Positions 13,526-24,835 of a stretch of DNA of 64,000 nucleotides are shown piece by piece (the first letter of the stretch is position 1; each line of letters starts with the position of its first letter). A program made the position numbers and the translations under genes. The DNA is from Phoronis australis (lineage: Eukaryota; Animalia; Phoronida), in NCBI GenBank assembly GCA_002633005.1, contig NMRA01000156.1, positions 584,488 through 648,487 of the forward strand, in the 5' to 3' direction. The notes under the pieces were generated by a model, which was given only the letters and a program-made list of their open reading frames with translations, searched no databases and was not told the DNA's origin.

Positions 13526-13610
13526 GAGACAGGTGAAGAGGAACTTAAAACCCTTTGCCTTGAACACTTAGAAATTATGTCCAAGAAAAGGATTCGGAGG
13601 ATCCTAGCTG
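13526..13610 (+). CDS. CAAP1: CAAP1 exon 4 (ETGEEELKTLCLEHLEIMSKKRIRRILAG)
   Basis: Strong ttttcttttttttcag-type acceptor and G|gtaggt donor, phase 0/1. Matches human NCSIEEIKKLCQEQLELLSEKKILKILEG. Confidence 0.93.
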
Positions 13611-16600
13611 GTAGGTTTGTTGGAACGCGAATTTTGCAATATTTTGATGTGGTTTGTTGTAAGTACAAATGAGGGAATTGGTACAAGCAAAGAGAGGGCT
13701 TGGTCAAATTGAAACTGTGCACAAAACTGACAGTAGAAATGTGCAACAAGTTTTAGAATTATTCTCCCTATAAGCCACAGTTTTGGAAATGCCTTGCATG
13801 TGCTGACGATCTGTGTTCAAATAATTTACACGAGCCAGTCTCAAAATGACAGACCCTTCAAAAATGATGATATTTTGCAGTAGTTTCAGGAACATTTTAT
13901 AAAAACCTCATTGGCAATTAAAAACAAATCCGTTTATGCTTGATTGTGCGTAAATTTTGATTTTTAAAATAAAAATTAAGAGTACAGGATATGGATATAA
14001 GAGTCGATAATCAAAATTTGATCTCTGACTATTTGCAGGTTTGTGTTGTTCATTCCATCTAGTACCAACAATGTTCACGTCATCAAATGCAGTCAGCACA
14101 GCTAATTGGCCAATTATAGCCCATCGTTATCTCAGTGGGATTTCAACAACAGTTTAAATATCGGCAATTTGACTAATTGCGCAGAAGAGAAACTCACTTT
14201 AATTAGTCCATAATGACTGAAATTATGGCCGAGTATTGGCTTTGTCTTTGCGACGGTTTCCATTTTGAACACCTGTTGACTGTCTTATTTTTTCCTGGGG
14301 GACAGTTCTATACATTATGCAGAATTTCGAAGGCTTTTTTCCGCCATTTGTGGGTTTGTGATGCTTTTTATGTGTGCTTTAATTGGTCTTGGAGAAAACC
14401 TTTACCGCAGCGTTTAAATGACTGAAGCTTGGCGGGTGACTTTCTGTAATTAATGATTATATAATATTTTAATATAAGTGTTTAATGCAATGAAAGAAGG
14501 CATAAGCCTGAAACTGCCAGAGGGCGTCATTAAAACTCGTTAGGCGGGTATAACATGGACCAGTTCCAGTGACAGGAAAAGGAAGTGAAAAGCTCAGGTG
14601 TGCGTCTGTGTGTGTGCTTTGTGGTGTCTGAATTAATGGCAGTGCATGACTTCATTATTTGTAACGAATGTTTTATTGATGTAAATGCTAAGGTCATCCA
14701 ATCTCCTGTCTTAGTTACAATTATTTCGGTTTTCTTTGCATTTGCCTTCATACTTACGTAGTTCCTTGATGTATGTTACTGAAGTTTGGCAGTTAAGTTA
14801 TTATCGTAGAAACGACAGCAGTCAGCACCCGCTCCGTTTCAGACCGATTTCGCCCCCTAGTGATCTTAAGTGTTTTTGTTTCTGCTCTTTGTCGTTGGCC
14901 TCCCTATCTTCCAAACGGCATGAGGAATTATTAAACTTGGCTGGTGTGTTCCTAGTGAGTAGAAATGCTGACGTGTTTTGTGTCTTTAAGGTTACTAGCT
15001 TTGCACCTTTTAGTGGAAACTTTTGAAAATGATCAGTCCTTATATCTGCACTGTATGGGATGCACATGGTGGGCGCATATCAACTAGGGGTGGGATGATG
15101 CACATTTTTAGGAATTCGATTGGAGTCTTTGTAGTGGATAATTTTCTATACAATTCTTGCTCGTCAAATTAATTCTTCTGCTAACGATCCTTGCCTTGAT
15201 GAAGGCAAAGATTGGGAGCAGGTGCTGTACATAACCATTTTTGTTTGGAAACATTCGACTATTCAATACCATTATATGTGTTTTCAAAAAGTTGATATAA
15301 AAATTTGTTACGTACGACGAAATTCCAACTAAGGAATGATCCTTATTCATTATCTTAACACTTTTTCAAAAGATACAAATAAGTCGTAACTTTGCAAGAC
15401 ACCGAATGATAAAAATTAGAACTGAGAATCGAATCGAAATGAGCTCTTGCATCGCCATTCAAGTACAGTTTTATTAATCATCCCTCCCTTCATATCAATG
15501 TTTTATTTTGCTGTGCCTCATCACCAATTTCCCTGATGGATCTTCATGAAATTTATTTTGTCTTGTATTCAGTTTCAAACACAATGACAAGACAAACCAG
15601 CTGACATCCTGGGATAACAGATGAAATCACTCCTGTGAGAGATGCGGGCTTAAAATCGTAATAAAAAAATGAAAAAATTATCATATCTCGTAGCTCCCCT
15701 GAATTGACGCGTGGCTTCCAGGCTCTGTTGGTCTATTGTGCTACAAGCTTATTTTTCATAAATAATCCCTGTACATTCTTTTTTATCTTTCCAAAAGCTT
15801 TGTTTTTGATATTTTTTCCTTTTGGTTGTAATAGAAGCCTTGATAGTAGTAACCATTGACGTTTGAGTATGTGTGGCATCTTATTGGCATTTACTCAAAA
15901 ATCTAAAAATTTAATTCAATTCAGTATATTTTTGAAAGGCGGGGCCTGTTGAATTTGATGGCTAAATAGTACTCTGAGATCCCATGAGAGGGCGTAGTGA
16001 GGTCTCGCATCAGTGCGTGGTTTTCTGTCTTAGCGTCCCAGTCTGCCGTTAATTGTGTCACCTGACCATGTGGTTTTAGTAAGGTATATCAAGGTTTGTT
16101 TAATAGCATCAATAACATCAAACATTAAATTTTTTTGATCAAATGTTCAGGATGAAATTTCAAAAAAACGTTAATGGTCTCTAAACTATCATTTTGTTTT
16201 TGTTTTTTTTCATAAAAATCATAGAGGTTCTATATTTTGATAGCCTATCATTCAAAAATGAAATATTTGAAAAACAGTTCCTGGGAGTGTTTGGAAAATG
16301 GTGCATAAAACCATAGTGTCTGGAAGTTTCATTTGAATCCGAGCTGTCATTTCTGAGATATTCTGCTCAAAAACTAGCCAAATCTTGTCATTTTCAAAGT
16401 GTTTCACACAATTTAAACCAGCTTCAGCAGTTCGAAGCTATTGCCTGATGACAAAATTTTCGCTTTGGATAGTTAAAAGGACGCTATCGGCTAATTTCGG
16501 TTGTCCTCATTTTTTCATTGTATCAAAAATTGGCCCCAGGTAGACGAACCAGTACATGTTTCACTGAGCAGGTTGACATTAACCGAACAACATAAATGCA

Positions 16601-19374
16601 CGAAGTTCAACGTAATGTTGGTACTTGATGACATCATTAGCCAGCTCACTGATGTTAAATTGAAGAAATACTGGTGGTTAGTCAATAGTTCTATCTTCAA
16701 TGTTGCATAACGAAACACAATTTTCGATCTAAGTTCATGAATATAAATGATATCTGACTGGTCCGTTAATTTTTCTTGTACAATGAATTTGATGGCCAGT
16801 GCTAGTTATGCACTGCCTGCATTCATAACTGTTTCAACACATCTGTTTTTCTCCTTTGTCTGGTTACCTTACCTTACTGGGATCTGTGGGATCTGGTTGT
16901 TTTTTGCTACTGTTGTTAGTGGTGTCATCTTTTTTGTAATTATTAAAGCCCATGCACCGCTGACTCGCAAAGTTAACCAGAATAAAGCGAGTTAACGGCG
17001 GTATATCTTGCCTTTGAAACAATCAATAAACTCCATTTGGACCATGGGTTTTGTCTTGTGTAGTTAGGAACACATAGTTGATGTATTAAAAACCAATACA
17101 AAGGGTTGACTGATGGACCTAGGATGTCGTACGGAGGGTCTTATGACACTTCTCAAAGGAAATATGACTGAACAGCTCATAATAACATCATGCCATTGCT
17201 GTTTTTGTGGCCATATCTGTGGGGGCTCCAGTGGCGGGTTGCATGAAACAGTCCCAAATAGGGACTCAACTAACGTCCTAAACGCTTTTTGCGTATTTGT
17301 GTCTTTATTGACGCACAGATGCGATATTTTCTATCATTTCATCTTTATTATGAGCTCCTCTTTGATTCAAGACATTTTCTAATAATATAACTAAAAACTG
17401 AGCCCTGAAAATAAATAGGCACTCAGTCCTTAATTTGGGGATGTGGCATTAAAAGATCCATACTTATTTTCGATAATACTGACAATTCAATATAGAGTTC
17501 ACATTCGATTTGTATCAAAGTCAGAAGTTGACATAATAATGAAACTAACACAATGCAAGAAAGGGCAATCAGTATTTTCACAAGTCCACAAATCCGCAGT
17601 AGATTTAGGGAACTTAGTTGAGTCCCTGTTTGGAACTGTTTCATGTGACCGGGCATTGGTCCTTCTGGGGCTCTAAGTCTGCCTAAGTGTTCCAACTCAA
17701 AACATGAGCCTTAGAATGAGAGCGCTATCAGGAACAACACTTGGTGAAGTCGAATAAATATTTAAAGTTGAGATTGACGACGAAACCAAGAACATCAACA
17801 ACCATGACCCCCAATGCTTATTACACCAAATGTATTTGATAGCTCGTGAGGAGATCTATTTACTCACCAAATTTCGAAAGGTTTGGTCAAAGGATCGCTG
17901 AGGTAGAGCTCCACAAACGTAATTCAAAAAATAACCGTCACAACGCCATTTTGCATCCGATTTCACCCAAGAACAAAAGTCCCTCAGAAATTAATTAAAA
18001 ACTAAAGGTAAATTTCCTGCCCATCACACAAAAAATGTGTTCTCTAGCACAAATATGATAGGCCAACAAAGTGCAGCTATAAATAACTAGTCAACAAAAG
18101 AACAATCACCTGAGCAGTAAATCTTGAATATCATGTGAACAGTTAGTTGTAGCAAGAGACGGTGTCACGTTGCTGATAGCGCTTGAAAAGATCTATCTGC
18201 ATACCAAATTTCACACAGATCCGTCAAGGGACATCGAAGATGCGGCACAAAAACTTGGTTATTTGGAGATGAGTCCTCGGAAAATTTCGAATAACTCAAG
18301 AACCGTTACGACCTAGAGATAAATAAATGACACATTTGTGATAGCTCCTGGAATTATCTATCCACAGAAAAAAGCATCGGAGCCATGGCTGTGCAAACCA
18401 AAAAAGGGAAAATGGCCACCACAACGCCATCTTGTGTCAGATTTTAACCAAAAACAATAGGCTTCGATGCTTTGAGCCTTTCGTGCGACAGATGTTGCAT
18501 ATAAATTTCACGTTGATGTGATAAGAATTGCTATCTGTAGCGTGCGAAACGCAACGAGCCAAAAAGCAAATTTATGACAGCAACATACATGGAGAAATTT
18601 CATTTCACCAGGTAATGATTTTAATGGCGCTGCATGGAGCTTAATTTTCATGGATCACAAAATTGCGGAGTGCAAACATAATACCTATCACATAACTGGC
18701 ATTTATACATTTGGTTTTGAGGCTAGTGCTGTAAAGTTTCCAAACAACAAAATAAACGTTAAGTTGTGTCGTCGCGTAACTTTCTTTAATTATTTGTCTA
18801 TCACAAAACTGTGTCGTGTTTCAAGCGAAGCGATGGCTCTGATTGGATACTGTTAATAACGGCATATCTGATAATTTTGTAATTAATTTTACTAATGCCC
18901 TCTTGTAATTGCGGCGTAAATGACTCGATTGTAAGGTGATATGCGACATGCATTATTTGAGGTGTGTCTAAGGAATTAACTGACGAAAACGCAACATTAT
19001 AGCTTCACTTAGAAGTAACGAGTACAATTTGATGAGCGTAGGAAAGTCCTGACAGAGTCTTATATAACGTTGGACACAGCGGAATAATTAACAACGTAAA
19101 ACTCAGTCATTGTGCTCTTAATTTTTTGTAGGCTGATTATAATGCGATGGATTTTGACGTATGAATTTTCTGTTTAATGGATACAGGGTGGGTGGGAAGT
19201 TATGCTTTCAAGCTCTGTTGGGTTACAGGGTGAGAAAATTACTCGTAGTTGTGGAAATTGTAGTCCGCACTTTTTTAAATTACTAACTTGTGTGCTCAGG
19301 CGATGTCAGTTTGAAGTCGGTAAATGTTGATGTTCATTACGGAATAAATTTTCGACTGTACTGTTGTCACTCCT

Positions 19375-19900
19375 TAAGGTGATGTAGAACCTTATCATGG
19401 AGTTTGGGCATTTAGCCAAATGTCTTAAAAACTAACACTTTTTTACTAAGTAGAAGAGTTTATTTCTGAAAGTGGGAAAACTATAGAACTTAATTTGTGA
19501 CTTTGTAATCATCTGTCATTACTTGAGTCACATGACCTTGTCTTTTTCGTAAAATTTAGCAAAAATGAAAGGTGCATTGATTAAAAAACAATGGTATCCA
19601 TAACATGACCTAATTTCATTTGACCTATTTTGTTCTAGATATAGTCTCACAAACACTGTTACAGTATTATAAAGTATCATTCTGTATTCATTTTATACAA
19701 CTTCTGTTTTTTCATGAAAATCATAAAAGTCCTATTTTTGATGGCCCCTACTGCAAAAGTAGATCGTTTCAAATACAATTCCTAACAGCTTTTTTGGGAA
19801 AATGTTGCAATAAAACTTAGTATTTGAATGTTATATTTGACACCGATCAGCCATTTCTGCGATACGGTGTTCCAAATTAAACCGAATCTCGACGTTTTTC
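19375..19900 (-). repeat. Interspersed repeat family A (TTAAGGT-terminated DNA-transposon remnant; core aaaacatggtcacatgac)
   Basis: The core aaattt…aaaaacatggtca(c/t)atgac recurs at ~22520-22560, ~45930-45965, ~50115-50150 and ~60640-60680, and inverted at ~19525 and ~16060. Limits are approximate. Confidence 0.55.
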
Positions 19901-20549
19901 TAGGGTACTGCATAAGCTTCAGGTATAACCATCAAATTCTAAAATGTGCAGGAAATTTGTTGTGTGATCTTCTGTTATCGTCATCGTTATCATTATTATC
20001 GCTGCTGGTCATCCACGCATTGTGCATACTCGTCCTAAAGGTTCGGTTATTGTCTGTTTTGTACTTGGGTCGACAAGTGAAGAACAATTCTGCATTATTT
20101 TAATTTGAATGAGTCGGCGTCTTCAGAACAACTCCCGTTATAAATAATCCGAACAATTATTTATGATGTTCAGTAACAATTCTCCAGTTTGGCTTAATCT
20201 CTGAAATTTGGGACAGTGAAATTCAAGCCAAAATTGAATTTTCTTGATTCTGAAAATTGGGACATGGGTGATTTTGGAATTCAGCATGTTTTTCAGATAT
20301 CAGTCACCTGTGCCTTGTAGGTTCATGAAATTGTTGACATTAGCTGCTGACACAACAGTTTCATGCGTCGCCATACAGTGTAATGTCATTGACCAGGAGC
20401 AGCCAATATTGCCCATTTCTAAAACATGGTCCGAGCTCCAGCCTTGAGCATTGTAATTAATTTTTCACAGTTCCAGACTCGATAATTTTTACCGTAATGA
20501 TTTGTTAACATTATTAATTATGAATTTAAATTAATATTTCTCTTTCTAG

Positions 20550-20630
20550 GGGACAATCCAGACATAATCTCGTCCTCGGGAACGGATGACGAATCATCAG
20601 AGGACGAAAAAACAAAGCAGAAACCCACAG
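20550..20630 (+). CDS. CAAP1: CAAP1 exon 5 (GDNPDIISSSGTDDESSEDEKTKQKPT)
   Basis: tttctctttctag acceptor and CAG|gtatca donor, phase 1/1. Continues GDN plus an acidic stretch as in human GDNGMDSDMEEE. Confidence 0.88.
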
Positions 20631-20984
20631 GTATCAGTTTGCTGTGTTTTTATGTCAGAATTTTAGCATTTCAGTGTTGGAAAGTTTAGCAGTTTTAAAG
20701 GCAGTTACATTGTATGAAAATTGTCTCATGTCATGGAAGTTATAGCGGTAACATTGAAGAAAAGCTGAATTCTGTTCGAAAAGCATTTGATATTAATTTC
20801 GTCTAAAAATTTCACATGGCACTTATCATTCAGCTGGTAGGACAGACGTCTGATCATACGTCAAATATTGAGTATTAAACTGGTCAGATCTAGCTTCTCA
20901 ATTTAGGAAACCACATTTATCATCAAACCCAGAATACTGCCCACGGCGTGTGAACTGTGTATTTATTCCCTAATTCGTTTTCAG

Positions 20985-21051
20985 CAATGGAGGCTGACAC
21001 CAGCCAAAACCAACAGGCCGACTCTACATCGCATGTTGATCCCCTTGCACA
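20985..21051 (+). CDS. CAAP1: CAAP1 exon 6 (AMEADTSQNQQADSTSHVDPLA)
   Basis: ttcgttttcag acceptor and CA|gtaagt donor, phase 1/2, open frame. Confidence 0.75.
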
Positions 21052-21586
21052 GTAAGTGATTTCATTATCAGGGGGTGGTAACGATTCCACGGTCACGTCT
21101 CTAAATTCCTACAACGATCCTGTAAACCTCACAAGTCGAAAATGCTCCATAGTGACCAAACTGCAGTCCCGGGGATCGATCTTGGTAAGAAGTCTGGTTC
21201 CCAGACCTGGATTTTCATTAGCGGATATGGAGAATTTACAGCGGATATGTGGAATTTAGGGGAGCGGGTCTGGGGCTTTGTACCGTGGGTTTGGTGTCTG
21301 CTGATCCGGATTTGTGTTTAGAGGATCGTAATCGTAATTTTGATTTGCAGCCATGGAATCTTTTCGAGCCCCTAATTATTATTGTTAGTAGTTTTAATAG
21401 TATTATTTTTTTGATAATTTTAGAAAAATCATTAATTGTTACGTGATGCATCCATAGCATGTACAGGACTGTGTGCACTGTAAGTTCTGTAATTGTATGT
21501 TTGAACAGGCAATGCTAAAATTGAATGACAGATGACTGAATGGCAAATTAAGGTAAAATTGAAGGAAAAATTGTGCTCTATTGTAG

Positions 21587-21629
21587 GCTAACTCAGGAAA
21601 GTCTGGTGGGCTCAACTCAAGCTGATCAG
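21587..21629 (+). CDS. CAAP1: CAAP1 exon 7 (QLTQESLVGSTQADQ)
   Basis: ctctattgtag acceptor and CAG|gtaagc donor, phase 2/0. This is exactly the phase correction needed to join exon 6 to the terminal exon. Confidence 0.75.
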
Positions 21630-21769
21630 GTAAGCGATGTTTACTGGATCTTGCAGCAAAAATCTTTAAGTGTGTGTAATTTTTGCCGCAAGCCGTACAA
21701 TTTCCCAAAAATTTTATGGAAAGTGTTTCTAAAGACGACAAAACTGTGTGATCCTTAATGTACACGAAG

Positions 21770-21817
21770 ATAATGGAGAATCACAGGCAACAAATAATGG
21801 AGAATCACAGGCAACAA
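21770..21817. repeat. Perfect 24 bp tandem duplication (ataatggagaatcacaggcaacaa x2)
   Basis: Direct reading. Confidence 0.9.
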
Positions 21818-21916
21818 AATATCAGACTATGATTAAGGTAATGCAGGGCCTTAGAAAAATGTCCACATTTGACCAACTTTGCAACATCATGTCTCAGAAA
21901 TGACTGTTCGGATTCG

Positions 21917-22359
21917 TACAGGGATTTTCCGTAGATGAGCCCACCCGATGAAACGCCCATGGCCGTTTATTAGAAAAAGTATGCTGAATAAGTGTTTATT
22001 TGGTGTTACAGCTTCTGGTGTCAAGTGTCCAGATAGTGGGGCGTTTATTGGGAAAATGTCCTCTTAAAGCTCACTTGATGTCAATGTTTAGCCTGAAATT
22101 CAGTTTTGTGGAGCATTTATCATTTTATAAAAACAAACAAAGTGTTGTCGAACTATGTATTAATTAACTTAAAATTAAAATACACAGTTTTATGCAAAAA
22201 AATCGTTGATATTTTCATATAAGTCGAGGCTATGACTCTCCGTTTACACGCCCCCTTTCCGAATATACACCTGGGCGTTTATTTGGTGTTACCGAAATGC
22301 CTGAAAAATTTCAATTTCCGAATACACGCCCATGGGCTTATCTACGGAAAATCTCGGTA
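21917..22359. mobile_element. Tc1/mariner-pogo-like MITE (TA-flanked), nested in an older repeat
   Basis: TIRs tacagggattttccgtagatgagccca / tgggcttatctacggaaaatctcggta, plus internal repeated ggcgtttatt motifs. Confidence 0.75.
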
Positions 22360-23065
22360 TGAAACTTTCAAGTAACAATGCTCCTTGCAATGTTTTCCAA
22401 ATATTGTAATGGACGGGTTTTAGAAGGATCCACTTTTGTAAGAGAGGCTATTAAGGAATATGGCTTTTATGATTGTTAGAAGTGAAATCAACTATGAAAT
22501 AATATACCGTTCTTTCTTGCTAAATTTTACTTAAAAGACATGGTCACGTGACTGAATTAATGGGAGATTGATACAATTCTACAGGTTTTGCTGTGGCTTT
22601 GAGAAAACATCAACTTTTACTGCATTAAATTCAATAGTTTTGTTGGCGACTGTCCAGATACATGGACTTTCCGATAAGGTCCTATGTAACCTCAATCAAG
22701 AACCACCTCTCCGAAAGAACTGTTTCGTTTTAAGAATTTTTTGTGGATTTTTTAAAATGATGAGATGTCCATGTGCTATTTTCGTATGAACGTGCACATT
22801 GAATTCCATGTTCTTGGTTTCAGTTAAGACGACTCATCATTTTGCATATTTTAAAGGACTGATTTATTCGCAGATTTTCGTACCTGCTTAAATATATATG
22901 ATTACTAAACGTGGAATTTAATCAAAACTTCATTCCACCCCCTGCTCACAGGATTGTAATTTCTGCAGTTTGCAAGTGCAGGACTAGCGTAGATGTCATT
23001 CCCTGACAATTTGCTCACATTGTCTGATTGAGTTGATTGACCGGGAATAATGTCACAGAGCAATT

Positions 23066-23173
23066 ATAATAGTTGGACATAACGTACCCTCATTTTGCGA
23101 ACCAGTTTGATGCCTGTTATTCAGTGGAGAAAACTGGTTCTCAAAGTGCGGGCACGATATATCCGACTATTAT
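23066..23173. mobile_element. ~108 bp hairpin MITE
   Basis: ataatagttggacataacgtaccctcattttgcgaaccagttt mirrors aaactggttctcaaagtgcgggcacgatatatccgactattat. Confidence 0.7.
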
Positions 23174-23825
23174 CATGTCACAGTACAAATTTAGTTAGTT
23201 TATTTCTAGATTTCGTTGTTAGTCATCTGGTCTGAAGGGGTTTGTGTGACAGATTTGCAACTTCCCAAAGCAAATTTCTCAGTAATTAAAACCTCGGAAA
23301 CATACCTTTAAATTCCCTATGTACTTCTGGAAAAGTAATTATTGGCTGTTGAAATAGGAACTCCGTGCTGACATAATTAATGCCCATTAATTTTCGTGTG
23401 AATAAACGTCCTTAAATCCTGGTTCAAACCCCCATTATGTACATATTTTGTTCTATTTAGCAGTTTAAACTGAACTGTACATTCAGTGTCATTCTGGTGC
23501 TTTGTAATATAAATAAGCATCAGGGTTCAAATTTTGCATAACAAACAAGCTAGTTGTCCCTTGCTCTGCCAATTTTGCTTGTAGGTTTTGAAACGAGAAG
23601 CACAAAAACATGCGTATGTTTTGCTTTAAACCTGCAAAAGTTTTCTTTGGTTTCCCTTCAAGCTTAAAAGTTTAGAAGCCAAAACATGCTTCTAAGGTTA
23701 AAATATAGGTTCTAACCCTGAAGCGCACTTTGTGAGATGAATACTTGCGATTTTACCAGTTTTCACCAGAACCTACACGATAATACAAGAGTAATCAGAC
23801 AAAATATCGCTTTCCCCTTGTGCTG

Positions 23826-24062
23826 TATGTTGCGAACATTTTGTCCTGTCAGCACCCCATCTTTTTGGTTACATCACGTGACCTAATGATTATAAGTCCG
23901 AAAAAGTTTCTGCCCCCGACCAGGACTTGAACCCATTAGGTCACGTGACCTAATGATTATAAGTGCGAAAAATTTTCTGCCCCGACCGGGACTCGAACCC
24001 ATTAGGTCACGTGATGTGATCAAAAAGATGGCGTGCTGACGGGACAAAATGTTCGCAACATA
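23826..24062. mobile_element. Foldback/MITE-like element with ~63 bp TIRs and two internal ~67 bp units containing tRNA B-box sequence
   Basis: Left arm tatgttgcgaacattttgtcctgtcagcaccccatctttttggttacatcacgtgacctaatg mirrors right arm cattaggtcacgtgatgtgatcaaaaagatggcgtgctgacgggacaaaatgttcgcaacata. TA at both ends. Confidence 0.8.
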
Positions 24063-24605
24063 TTTCCCCGCCTCACTGAAAAAGATATGTTTGTATTGTA
24101 TGGTATTGTCTTCATCCTTATATCAATACCAGGGTGGAATTATTTTGTCATAACTCTTTAGACAAGTTGAAGAGGTAAACTCACTTCAAGCTTCTTTAAC
24201 TATACGATGGGTGACTCGATATTCACTAGATCCTGCTAATGAATAGAGATTACTCTCTTTGGTACCTAAGGAGATTGAGAGCAGAAAGTAGTTCATCGAC
24301 ATGGTGGTGTTTGTGTGATAAGGGACCCACATGATTTACCTAAGTGCAGTTGTTCCAATGGGAAGTTGTCTTGCTTCCCTTACAATACGTGGGAAGTTTT
24401 GTGAGTTTAGCCGTCATTACTCAGTTACTATTGTTGAACTTCTTTGTATTTTTAGTGATCCCATAAGCATTTGAAAATGGAAAAAAGTGACGGAGTTTGC
24501 AGTTATTTTTGTTTGAATTACAAGACACCTTACTGTTCGTTAAAGTTGAAAATACGTTGTCCGGAATTTAATGATTATTGATGGCCTTTTGTCTTGAAAA
24601 GCCTT

Positions 24606-24835
24606 GGATCCAACCATTTGCGGCTCATCACCTTACCCTATGCAACCCAGGATCAAATCCTATGTGACACAGCATTAACCTGTATGTGATCCGGGATCCA
24701 CCTCTATGCGGCAAAACACCCTACCCTATACAGCCCAGGATCAAATTCTATGGGACCCAGGATCCACCCCGATGTGACCCACAATTAAACTATGCAATGC
24801 AGGATCCACTGCTATGCGCCCCAGGATCCACTGCT
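24606..24835. repeat. Degenerate ~21-22 bp tandem repeat (ctatgcgacccaggatccac-like) with a higher-order duplication
   Basis: Repeated ggatcc/ggatca and ctatg cores. acc(t/c)taccctat(g/a)ca(a/g)cccaggatcaaat occurs twice, about 88 bp apart. Confidence 0.7.

Noticed and set aside
23905-24000. Intact tRNA genes
   Set aside because: Only T-arm/B-box and 3' acceptor-like sequence is present. There is no D-arm, anticodon arm or A-box.
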